From NCBI GenBank assembly GCA_021801795.1, contig JAJYXR010000001.1, forward strand, positions 988 through 64,987: a stretch of 64,000 bases of DNA. Direction: 5' to 3'. Shown here one piece after another: positions 1 through 7,712 of this stretch. The position numbers were made by a program, and so were the translations under genes. Numbering within the stretch: the stretch's first letter is position 1; each line of letters opens with the position of its first letter. Origin of the DNA: Actinomycetes bacterium (lineage in GTDB: Bacteria; Actinomycetota; Acidimicrobiia; Acidimicrobiales; JAJYXR01). Below the pieces are notes generated by a model that worked only from the letters and a program-made list of their open reading frames with translations, had not been told where the DNA came from and did not search any database.

Positions 1-664
1 GTATCCCTTCGGGCTTCTGATTTGGATATCCCGTCTTCTCTTTGCCGTTGGTAGGCACGATGGTGTGCCACCACACGTCCGTGGGCACCTTGCCACGCTC
101 TGCCTTCTCCGGCGTAACGAGACCGGGCGCCATGTACGGGATCCTCTCCACGGCGTCTTGGTCGAAGTAGTAGCGGTCTGGGTCGCGAACGTAAACGAGG
201 ATCGTGTCGTGCTTGGCAGGCCAGCGGTTCTTCGCTCGGCCGCCGTAGTCGTAGGCCCAGATGACTTCGTTCAGAAAACTGTCCCGACCGAAGATCTCGT
301 CGAGAAGGATCTTGCAGTAGTGAGCCTCGCGGTAGTCGATGTGGAAGTAAAGGGTCCCATCGTCAGCAAGCAGGCGGCGAGCTTCTTCGAGTCGTGGACC
401 GATGAAGCCGAGGTAGTCATCGAATTCGTCCCCGTAAGACTTACGGCCGGTCTCGACGGTTGCGTAGCTTCGACCGCCAAAGCCGATGCGGTCCCCGTTC
501 TCAGATCGGCGCGTTTGGAGCATCAGGCGTTGCTGGACCTTGCCGGTGTTGAACGGAGGATCGATGTAGATGAGCTGAAACGACTGGTCTGGCAACTTGG
601 GCAGCACGTCGGCGTTGTCTCCGAGTATCACGTAGTCACTGCTTCGTCCGGTGAGGTCGAGCAT
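1..664 (-). CDS. Site-specific DNA methyltransferase (N4-cytosine/N6-adenine, beta-class); 5' part only, gene runs off the window start
   Basis: Not in the ORF track because it has no stop in the window. My own minus-strand translation from ATG 662-664 gives MLDLTGRSSDYVILGDNADVLPKLPDQSFQLIYIDPPFNTGKVQQRLMLQTRRSENGDRIGFGGRSYATVETGRKSYGDEFDDYLGFIGPRLEEARRLLADDGTLYFHIDYREAHYCKILLDEIFGRDSFLNEVIWAYDYGG... The DPPF catalytic motif sits near the N-terminus, as in beta-class amino-methyltransferases. GGAGGA lies about 5 nt upstream of the ATG. Confidence 0.85.
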   Translation of the reverse strand, partial: MLDLTGRSSDYVILGDNADVLPKLPDQSFQLIYIDPPFNTGKVQQRLMLQTRRSENGDRIGFGGRSYATVETGRKSYGDEFDDYLGFIGPRLEEARRLLADDGTLYFHIDYREAHYCKILLDEIFGRDSFLNEVIWAYDYGGRAKNRWPAKHDTILVYVRDPDRYYFDQDAVERIPYMAPGLVTPEKAERGKVPTDVWWHTIVPTNGKEKTGYPNQKPEGI

Positions 665-1068
665 CGCAGTCCTCCGGGTTAGTCCTGGCTAAGGATGATA
701 GTGCGGAGGTGTGTCAAGGTCGGGGACCGCCGCTTCGCGCCAGCTTGACTGGCCTGACCCGACGAGGCCGACGATGGGGCCTCTCCCTGCTCGTTACGCC
801 TCACCTACTCGGCCGCCGAGCGCTCGGCCAACGCGAAGCAGCACGTCGTCGTAGTTCGAATACGAGCGACTACGGCCCACGAGTTCGACCCGCACGAATC
901 ACACCGGTAGCTCTCGACGGGTTCAGTGGGCGTCGTGGTGGTGCTCGTCGTCGGGGTCCTCGCTCGCCAGCAGGACGCTGGCGTCGAGGAGCCAGAGGTT
1001 CACGGAGCGGGCCGGTTCGGCTTGACGAGGGCTGCGAAGCTAGGTCCTCGCTGCATGGTGGCGAGGGA

Positions 1069-1084
1069 ATACCCTGAGGGGTAT
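1069..1084. promoter_or_regulatory. Inverted repeat ATACCC-TGAG-GGGTAT just upstream of a TTGACA -35-like hexamer (1090-1095) in front of trxA; CsoR/RcnR-family-style operator candidate
   Basis: Read directly: 6-bp perfect arms with a 4-nt spacer, overlapping a second palindrome GGTATACC (1080-1087). TTGACA follows 5 nt later, and a weak -10 candidate TACAGG lies 17 nt after it. The resemblance to ATACCC...GGGTAT operators of CsoR-type repressors is from memory. Confidence 0.35.
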
Positions 1085-1194
1085 ACCTGTTGACACACCA
1101 CGAGCAATGCAGTACAGGCATGAGCCGTGGACCACAGGACCGTTCCCGGCGATTGTCGTGAAGAGCAGACCAGCCGAAAAACGAGGAGGCAGCA

Positions 1195-1593
1195 GTGGCG
1201 ACTCTTACCCTGACCAAGGAGAACTTCGAGAAGACGGTTACGTCCAACGACACGGTCCTCATCGACTTCTGGGCCTCCTGGTGCGGCCCATGCAGGATGT
1301 TCGCTCCCGTCTACGAGCAGGCTTCCGAGCGCCACCCGGACATAGTCTTCGCGAAGGTGGACACAGAGGCCGAGCAGGATCTCGCGGCAGAGTTCCAGAT
1401 CATGTCCATACCGACCCTGATGGCCTTCCGTGACCAGGTGCTCCTCTACGCGCAGCCGGGTGCCCTGCCGAAGGAGGCCCTGGAGGACCTGATCGGCCAG
1501 ATAGAGGCGCTCGACATGGACGAGGTCCGCCGCCAGATGGCGGCCTCTTCCGATGGCGCTGAACCTGGACCAGCCGCAGCAGACGAGGGTTAG
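1195..1593 (+). CDS. trxA: Thioredoxin
   Basis: WCGPC active site in DFWASWCGPCRMFAPVY, with the typical thioredoxin fold sequence. An Ala/Pro/Asp-rich C-terminal tail is present. Confidence 0.95.
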   Translation: MATLTLTKENFEKTVTSNDTVLIDFWASWCGPCRMFAPVYEQASERHPDIVFAKVDTEAEQDLAAEFQIMSIPTLMAFRDQVLLYAQPGALPKEALEDLIGQIEALDMDEVRRQMAASSDGAEPGPAAADEG

Positions 1594-1631
1594 CAACCGC
1601 TGAGGCGCGCACCGCCACGCGCGGACAGGAG

Positions 1632-2603
1632 TTGTGCGAGGCTCACCCGACCGGCCAACCTGGTCGGGTGCCGAGTCCACCGAGCGCTACGCCTGTAGCT
1701 GGAGTGAAGCTCGACCATGTAGCCGTGGCGGTGGAGCACTGGGAGCAGGCCTGGCCGCTCTACGTCAGCGAGCTCGGCGGTCGGTGGGCGTCTGGTGGCC
1801 TGAACGTAGGCTTCGCACCCGCACAGCTCTCCTACGCGAACGGTGCGAAGATCGAGGTGCTCCAGCCACACGCTCCGGACGCGAACCCCTTCCTGCGAAG
1901 GTTCCTCGACCAGCACGGCCCGGGTCCCCACCACGTCACCTTCAAGGTTCCCGACCTCGCCTCTGCGCTCGAAGCACTGCGTGACGCTGGCCTGCACCCC
2001 GTGGGCGTGAACATGAGCATGCCCTGGTGGATGGAGGCCTTCATCCACCCCAGGGAAGGCACAGGCATCGTCATCCAACTAGCCCAGGCAGCCGGCGAGT
2101 GGTCCACGCCCCCTCCCGAGGGCTTCCCAGCCCCGACCGCCCCGCAGGCGTCGCTCGTGAGGGTCGTACATGCCGTGGCGAGCATGGAGAGAGGGCTCGC
2201 CGTCTTCGAAGGACTTCTCGGCGGCAGCCGATCGGCGCCCCAGCCCCACAGGGGTGCCACAGCCGACGGGGAGGAGTTCGAGGCCGTCGACCTCAGCTGG
2301 GGTGGCCCCCTGTCGATCCGGCTGATCTCGCCCGTGGAGGCCACCAGCCGCTCGCAGGCGCCAGCGCTGGATCCGGCAGCCCCCAGCGGGCGCGAGCTGT
2401 CACTCGGCTCCTGGCTCCTGGACAGGCCGGGCCGGGTCCACCATGTAGCCTTCGCCACCAGCGACCGGGCCATCCTCGAGCGCCTCTCTCCGGTGGCCGA
2501 CCTACCCGGAGCCGACCCCGGGCGCGAAGCTCTGGTGGTGGAGCCGGCAGAGAACAACGGTACGCGCGTGGTTCTCTACGCCGAGGAGACCGACGCTCCG
2601 TGA
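1632..2603 (+). CDS. VOC (glyoxalase/bleomycin-resistance/dioxygenase) family protein, two-module
   Basis: LDHVAVAV...GPGPHHVTFKV and a second HHVAF module are typical of tandem VOC beta-alpha-beta-beta-beta units. The start is uncertain (TTG 1632 or GTG 1704). Confidence 0.7.
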   Translation: MCEAHPTGQPGRVPSPPSATPVAGVKLDHVAVAVEHWEQAWPLYVSELGGRWASGGLNVGFAPAQLSYANGAKIEVLQPHAPDANPFLRRFLDQHGPGPHHVTFKVPDLASALEALRDAGLHPVGVNMSMPWWMEAFIHPREGTGIVIQLAQAAGEWSTPPPEGFPAPTAPQASLVRVVHAVASMERGLAVFEGLLGGSRSAPQPHRGATADGEEFEAVDLSWGGPLSIRLISPVEATSRSQAPALDPAAPSGRELSLGSWLLDRPGRVHHVAFATSDRAILERLSPVADLPGADPGREALVVEPAENNGTRVVLYAEETDAP

Positions 2604-3256
2604 CGCGGCCGGAACGCGAGACACCCCCAGGCGGGGTGGGCGCCACCATCAGGGGACTCGACGAGCGTGAGAGGCTTCTCGGGTTCGTCGCGGCCGGCAT
2701 GGCAGCCATCCTGTGGCTGATAGTGACCGTGCCCAGCCTGGTGTCACCGCCCAAGCACCCTAAGCCCCACCAGCTCGACAGCACCCAGGTCGCCATCTAC
2801 CTACTCGTGGGGCTGGTGCTGGCAGGCCTGATCCTCGTCGCCACGATCGTGAGGAGACGGGCCTTCCTCGGCTTCGCTGTCCTCTTCACCGGGGCCTCCT
2901 TCGGCGGAGACATCCTGCTGGCACTCCCCTTCTGGGCACTCGGCGGATGGCTGCTCTGGCGTGCATTCGGCGTCCAACGGGCGGCATCTGCACAGCGACT
3001 GGCAGCGGCCCGCGAGAGGGCTCAGGCCGGTGGTGCAAGAGACGGCTCGACGGGCTCTCGACCCGGCTGGCGCAAGTGGGCGAGCACACCCGAGCGCGCC
3101 GGGACCCTCGGCGGATCCACCTGGCAGGCCGAGAGCGGCCCGCGCAGACCGCCGACGCCCTCCAAGCGCTACACCCCTCCGAAGCCACCCCCCCGGCGCC
3201 CGTCGAGCCAAGGACGCTCGGCGCGCACTCGGCACGACCGTGATGCGGAGCCTTGA
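2600..3256 (+). CDS. Hypothetical integral membrane protein with Arg/Pro-rich C-terminal tail
   Basis: About 4 hydrophobic helices (AAGMAAILWLIVTV, VAIYLLVGLVLAGLILVATIV, FLGFAVLFTGASFGG, ALPFWALGGWLLW). GTG 2600 overlaps the upstream stop (GTGA). The part of track ORF 2027..3256 upstream of 2600 overlaps the VOC gene out of frame and is discounted. Confidence 0.5.
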   Translation: MTRPERETPPGGVGATIRGLDERERLLGFVAAGMAAILWLIVTVPSLVSPPKHPKPHQLDSTQVAIYLLVGLVLAGLILVATIVRRRAFLGFAVLFTGASFGGDILLALPFWALGGWLLWRAFGVQRAASAQRLAAARERAQAGGARDGSTGSRPGWRKWASTPERAGTLGGSTWQAESGPRRPPTPSKRYTPPKPPPRRPSSQGRSARTRHDRDAEP

Positions 3257-3337
3257 TTCGCCATTGCCGGGGAAGCGAGGAGGGGGACGAGCTGGCAGCC
3301 ACGGCGGCTAGTGGTCCGATGCCTCATGGCGCCACCC

Positions 3338-3955
3338 TCAGGGCTCCATCACGAGAGCAGATCTGAGCAGCCGGAGGATCTCGGCACGCCTGCGCACGAG
3401 GGAGCGTGCGGTCGGCTCCTCCCCGAAGGCACGAAGCACCTCCACCTCGGCTGCCATGCCGATCACCGTGGAGTAGATGGCCAGCAGCAGTAGCCGCGGC
3501 TCGTGCCGGGTCATCTGGCCCGCGTCCATCTCGGCCTCGAGGAAGCTCGAGGCTCGCTCCACCAGAGGATCGAGTGCCGCCACCAGCCTGGTAGCCGCAG
3601 GGGCCCCGAGCCGGCTGGCCTCCCGCACCAGGCCGATGAGCTCCGGCTTGGCCGCTGCGAGCCTGAAGACAGAGCGCACCACCGCGTCCACCCGGGACCA
3701 GCCGGACCCCGCGCGCGCCAGGGCTGCCTCCAGGGTCTCCGACAGCTCGCCGGCTGCCCTGTCGATGACGGCCTCCAGCAGCGCCTCCTTCGAGGGGAAC
3801 CAGTAGAGGATGCTCTGCTTCCTCAGCCCCAGGGTCTCGCCCAGAGAGTCCAGGGAGGTGGCCTCGTAACCCCTAGTGCCGAAGGAGTAGAGGGCGGCGT
3901 CGAGGATCTTCGCCGGCGTGCCGTCGCCGCCCGTGTTCGCGCTAGCACCGCTCAC
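3338..3955 (-). CDS. TetR/AcrR family transcriptional regulator
   Basis: N-terminal HTH ILDAALYSFGTRGYEATSLDSLGETLGLRKQSILYWFPSKEALL. The gene is divergent from the lipid operon. GTG start at 3955. Confidence 0.9.
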   Translation of the reverse strand: MSGASANTGGDGTPAKILDAALYSFGTRGYEATSLDSLGETLGLRKQSILYWFPSKEALLEAVIDRAAGELSETLEAALARAGSGWSRVDAVVRSVFRLAAAKPELIGLVREASRLGAPAATRLVAALDPLVERASSFLEAEMDAGQMTRHEPRLLLLAIYSTVIGMAAEVEVLRAFGEEPTARSLVRRRAEILRLLRSALVMEP

Positions 3956-3969
3956 CTACCATATGGTAG
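3956..3969. promoter_or_regulatory. Perfect 14-bp palindrome CTACCATATGGTAG in the 23-bp TetR / reductase intergenic gap; probable TetR operator
   Basis: Read directly. It fills most of the gap between the GTG of the TetR gene (3955) and the ATG of the reductase gene (3979). It contains TACCAT (TANNNT-like) on both strands. Confidence 0.55.
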
Positions 3970-3978
3970 ACCAGTTGG

Positions 3979-6474
3979 ATGCGAGGCGACGCCGCAGGCC
4001 CGGCGGAGACACCTGCCGGACCCATCGAGTCAGTTGCCACAGCGCTGGCGGGAAAGCGCATCCTCGTGACCGGAGCGACAGGATTTCTCGGCACCGCTCT
4101 GGTGGAACGCCTGGTGAGGTCGATCCCCTCCTGCCAGGTAGTCGTCCTGGTGCGACCGACCAGGCGCTCCGACGCGTCGGACCGCCTGAAGCGCGAGATC
4201 CTGCGGAACGACTGCTTCGACAGGCTACGCGAGGAGCTCGGGACGAGCTTCGACGGCGTGATGGCCGGTCGCGTCACGGCGCTCGCCGGTGATGTGTCGA
4301 CAGACGGGCTGGGACTCGAGAGCGCGGGGATCGACACGCTGGCCACCTGCGACGTGGTGGTCCACTCCGCAGCATCGGTAGCCTTCGACGCCCCATTCGA
4401 CACAGCGGTCGAGGTGAACCTGCTCGGGCCCTCACGGGTGGCAGGCGCCATAGAGGCTGCGGCCACCAGGCGCGCCGAGCTCAGTCCTGGATCGGCAGCC
4501 ACCCATCTCGTCTCCGTGTCCACGGCGTACGTCGCGGGCACCCACCAGGGCTTCGCGTCGGAGACCCTCGCATCGGAGGCTGTCAGGACCTCTCCGAGCT
4601 CCCGCACCCACTCCACGGTGACGACCGAGGTCGACATCCCCGCCGAGATCGCCGCCGCCAGGCGCCTCAGGGCCGACCTTCAGGCAGAGTCCAGACGCGC
4701 CGCCCGCCTGCGGGCCTTCGAGGCTGCTGCACGCCGCGAGCTGGGCGCGGCCGGGCCTCATCTCGTCGCGGAGAAAGCCGAGAAGCTTCGGGAGGACTGG
4801 GTCCACGCTCAGCTGGTCGCCGAGGGCAGGTCGCGCTCCCAGGCCCTCGGATGGCCAGATGCCTATGCCTTCACGAAGGCCCTCGGCGAGCGGCTACTCG
4901 TCGGGGACCACCCGACGGTTCCCCTCAGCGTCGTTCGCCCGTCGATCATCGAGTCCGCCCTAGCCGAGCCCAGACCGGGCTGGATACGTGGATTTCGCAT
5001 GGCCGAGCCGATCATCGTCTCCTACGCCAGGGGCCTGCTGGCCGAGTTCCCCGGCATCCGAGAAGGCGTTACCGACGTCATACCTGTCGACCTGGTCGTG
5101 GCAGCCATCATCGCCGTCGCCGCGGCTGGACCGGATCCCGCTGGCCCCGGTGTCTACCAGGTCGCCTCGGGAGTGCGGAACCCCCTTCGCTACGGCCACC
5201 TGGTGGACCTGGTCCACAGCTGGTTCAGCGACCACCCGCTCTACGACTCGAGGGGCCAGCCCATAGTGGTCCCCCAGTGGTCATTCCCCGGGCGAGGGCG
5301 CGTCCAGCGCCAGCTGAGACGAGCGACCAAGATGCTGTCCTACACCGAGCGGCTGCTCGGAGCACTTCCCGTGCGCGGCGCGGCGGCCAGGGTCGAGGCG
5401 AGGGTCGAGGAGCGCCACGGCCAGGCCGAGCGCGCCCTTGGCTACGTGGAGCTCTACGGCGCATACACCGAGACCGAGGCGCTCTTCAGCGTCGACCGGC
5501 TCTTGGAGCTGGCCTCCAGGCTCTCGCCCGAGGACAGGCAGGCCTTCAGCTTCGATCCTGCTGTGATCGACTGGGATCGCTACGTCCATGACATCCACCT
5601 GCCCTCGGTGGTGGAGCATGCCCGGGTGCGGACCAGCCCAGGGCGCTCCGCCATCAGGAGCAGGACCGAGCGCGGCCTGAAGGCCGTGCTCGCTCCGGAG
5701 CGCCAGCTCGCCGTGTTCGACCTTGAGAACACCTTGATCGCCTCGAACGTGGTCGAGTCCTATGCATGGCTGGCCACCCGGCATCTCACTCCCCTCGAAC
5801 GAGCGCGCCTGGCTACCAGGCTGGCCCTCGAGGCTCCTTCCCTGGCGGCGCTCGACAGGAGGGACCGCGGGGACTTCCTGCGCACCTTCTACCGCCGCTA
5901 CGAAGGCGCGCCGGCTGAGTTGCTGCGGGCAGATGCCCAGGAGATGTTCGCCGACCTGCTGATGGCCAAGTCCTTTCCCGCTGGGATTGCCAGGCTGCGC
6001 CACCACAGGGGCCTCGGTCAGCGCACCGTGCTGATCACAGGTGCGCTCGACTTCGTCGTGGAGCCGCTCCGGCCTCTCTTCGACGAGGTCATATGTGCCG
6101 AGCTCGGGACCACCCCCGACGGGCGCTTCACCGGTCAGCTCCAGCGCGTCCCTCCGACCGGCGAGGCCAGGGCCCTGGTCCTCGCCGAGTACGCGAAGCG
6201 GGAGGGAATCGACCTGGCGGAGGCTGTGGCATATGCGGACTCGGCCTCGGATCTGGCCCTCCTGGAGGCCGTGGGGTTCCCCGTCGCGGTGAACCCCGAA
6301 GCCCGCCTCGCCGCCATCGCTAGACGCCGCGGCTGGCATGTGGAGCGCTGGCGGGCCTCGGCGAAGGGAATCCGCAGTCCCCTGCCCTTCGCCGCGCGCG
6401 AGATCGCAGACCCCGGCGCATGTCGGGCTGCGATCTACTCCCGCGGGGCCGACCGGCAGGAGCCTGTCGGATGA
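3979..6474 (+). CDS. Fatty acyl-CoA/ACP reductase (extended SDR, male-sterility type) fused to a C-terminal HAD-IB phosphatase-like domain
   Basis: ILVTGATGFLGTALVERL Rossmann motif and YAFTKALGERLL (YxxxK) in the N-terminal ~420 aa. The C-terminal domain has LAVFDLENTLIASNV (HAD motif I DxE/DxT) and YADSASDLALLEAVGFPVAVNP (HAD motif IV region). Confidence 0.8.
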   Translation: MRGDAAGPAETPAGPIESVATALAGKRILVTGATGFLGTALVERLVRSIPSCQVVVLVRPTRRSDASDRLKREILRNDCFDRLREELGTSFDGVMAGRVTALAGDVSTDGLGLESAGIDTLATCDVVVHSAASVAFDAPFDTAVEVNLLGPSRVAGAIEAAATRRAELSPGSAATHLVSVSTAYVAGTHQGFASETLASEAVRTSPSSRTHSTVTTEVDIPAEIAAARRLRADLQAESRRAARLRAFEAAARRELGAAGPHLVAEKAEKLREDWVHAQLVAEGRSRSQALGWPDAYAFTKALGERLLVGDHPTVPLSVVRPSIIESALAEPRPGWIRGFRMAEPIIVSYARGLLAEFPGIREGVTDVIPVDLVVAAIIAVAAAGPDPAGPGVYQVASGVRNPLRYGHLVDLVHSWFSDHPLYDSRGQPIVVPQWSFPGRGRVQRQLRRATKMLSYTERLLGALPVRGAAARVEARVEERHGQAERALGYVELYGAYTETEALFSVDRLLELASRLSPEDRQAFSFDPAVIDWDRYVHDIHLPSVVEHARVRTSPGRSAIRSRTERGLKAVLAPERQLAVFDLENTLIASNVVESYAWLATRHLTPLERARLATRLALEAPSLAALDRRDRGDFLRTFYRRYEGAPAELLRADAQEMFADLLMAKSFPAGIARLRHHRGLGQRTVLITGALDFVVEPLRPLFDEVICAELGTTPDGRFTGQLQRVPPTGEARALVLAEYAKREGIDLAEAVAYADSASDLALLEAVGFPVAVNPEARLAAIARRRGWHVERWRASAKGIRSPLPFAAREIADPGACRAAIYSRGADRQEPVG

Positions 6475-7712
6475 AGGCGCTGGTCTTCGAGAGAAGCCTT
6501 CCCCGCTTCGCGGCAGCCCGGGTAGCCCATGTGCTGGGTAGCTCCAGCCGCGCTGCATCGCTCGGACCCCTTCGCCTGGTGGACACCGATCCGCCGGAGC
6601 TCCCGGCAGATGGCTGGGTGCATGTCCGGCCACTCGTCTCCGGAATCTGCGGATCGGACCTGGCCACCATCGAGGGTGCCAGCTCGCGCTACTTCGAGCC
6701 GATGGTGAGCTTCCCCTTCATCCCCGGCCACGAGGTGGTCGGGGTCCTCGAGGACGTAGCGAAGCCAGACGATCGCAGCCCGGCGCTGACGGCTGGGTCG
6801 CGAGTGGTCCTGGAACCGGTGCTCGGGTGTGCAGCCCGCGGCATCGAACCGCCCTGCAGCCCGTGCGCCCGGGGCGAGACCGGCAGCTGCCAGAACCTCG
6901 CGTTCGGTCACCTCTCCCCTGGCCTTCAGACCGGGTTCTGTGCCGACACGGGCGGTGGATGGAGCACCGGGACCTTAGTGGCCCATCTGAGCCAGCTCCA
7001 CGAGGTGCCGGCTTCGATGAGCGACGAGGAAGCAGTCATGGTGGAACCGGCAGCCTGTGCCCTGCACGCGGTGCTGGGTGCCGGCATCGCACCCGGATCC
7101 CAGGTGGCAGTCCTCGGAGCGGGAACGCTCGGCCTGCTGGTGGTCGCGGCCATCAGGCAGGTCTGCGATCCCTCCAGCCTGCTCGTCGGTGCGCGTTATC
7201 ACCACCAGCGCGTAATGGCCCTCGAGCTCGGTGCCGACCAGGCACTCGAGCCCGAGGAGCTGGCACGGGCCCTCAGGAGGAGGAGCCGCTCGATGCTCCT
7301 CGGGGTCGATCTGACCGGCGGGGCTGACGTCGTGATCGACTGCGTCGCCAGCAGCGACTCCATCCGCAGCTGCCTGGCGATGGTGAGGCCGAGGGGCAGG
7401 GTGGTCCTACTCGGGATGCCTGCGAAGCAGACCCTGGACCTCACTCCGCTGTGGCACCGCGAGATCTCCCTCAGCGGTGCCTACGCATACGGAACCGAGA
7501 ACGTCGGGGACGGACGCCGCCGTACCTTCGAGCTGGCGATGGAGCTGACCCGCAGCGCTCGTCTAGGCCGCCTGGTGAGCGCCCGCTATCCCATCGACCG
7601 CTTCGAGGAGGCCATCGCGCACGCGGCCTCGGCTGGACGCCGGGGCTCGGTGAAGGTGGTCTTCGACCTGGCAGCCCGACCCCCACGATCATCGAAAGGA
7701 CGCTCGGCATGA
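6471..7712 (+). CDS. Zinc-dependent medium-chain alcohol dehydrogenase/reductase
   Basis: GICGSDL, GHEVVG, a structural-zinc Cys cluster (CAARGIEPPCSPCARGETGSC) and VAVLGAGTLGLL. ATG 6471 overlaps the upstream stop (ATGA). Confidence 0.85.
   Translation: MKALVFERSLPRFAAARVAHVLGSSSRAASLGPLRLVDTDPPELPADGWVHVRPLVSGICGSDLATIEGASSRYFEPMVSFPFIPGHEVVGVLEDVAKPDDRSPALTAGSRVVLEPVLGCAARGIEPPCSPCARGETGSCQNLAFGHLSPGLQTGFCADTGGGWSTGTLVAHLSQLHEVPASMSDEEAVMVEPAACALHAVLGAGIAPGSQVAVLGAGTLGLLVVAAIRQVCDPSSLLVGARYHHQRVMALELGADQALEPEELARALRRRSRSMLLGVDLTGGADVVIDCVASSDSIRSCLAMVRPRGRVVLLGMPAKQTLDLTPLWHREISLSGAYAYGTENVGDGRRRTFELAMELTRSARLGRLVSARYPIDRFEEAIAHAASAGRRGSVKVVFDLAARPPRSSKGRSA

Noticed and set aside
65-682. 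205-aa plus-strand ORF from the track
   Set aside because: It is the antisense shadow of the minus-strand DNA methyltransferase, whose translation has clear catalytic motifs. The plus-strand product has no recognisable features.
923-1003. Short minus-strand ORF VNLWLLDASVLLASEDPDDEHHHDAH*, resembling the N-terminus of a PIN/VapC toxin and preceded by a GTGA-type overlap with an 18-codon ORF
   Set aside because: It is only 26 codons, and I could not recover the remaining PIN motifs downstream in any frame. It may be a decayed vapBC remnant, but the evidence is too thin to annotate.
2027-2599. N-terminal 191 codons of track ORF 2027..3256
   Set aside because: They overlap the VOC-family gene in another frame and encode an Arg/Pro-rich nonsense sequence. 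The real membrane protein most likely starts at GTG 2600 or later.
5281-6633. Long antisense or out-of-frame ORFs throughout (for example 5281..6633 -, 16656..18107 +, 28241..29878 -, 48729..50297 +, 54104..55902 +, 59844..61877 +, 31250..32368 -)
   Set aside because: These are typical stop-poor shadow frames of a high-GC genome. Their products are Arg/Pro/Gly-rich with no motifs, and each overlaps a gene that has strong family signatures on the other strand or frame.
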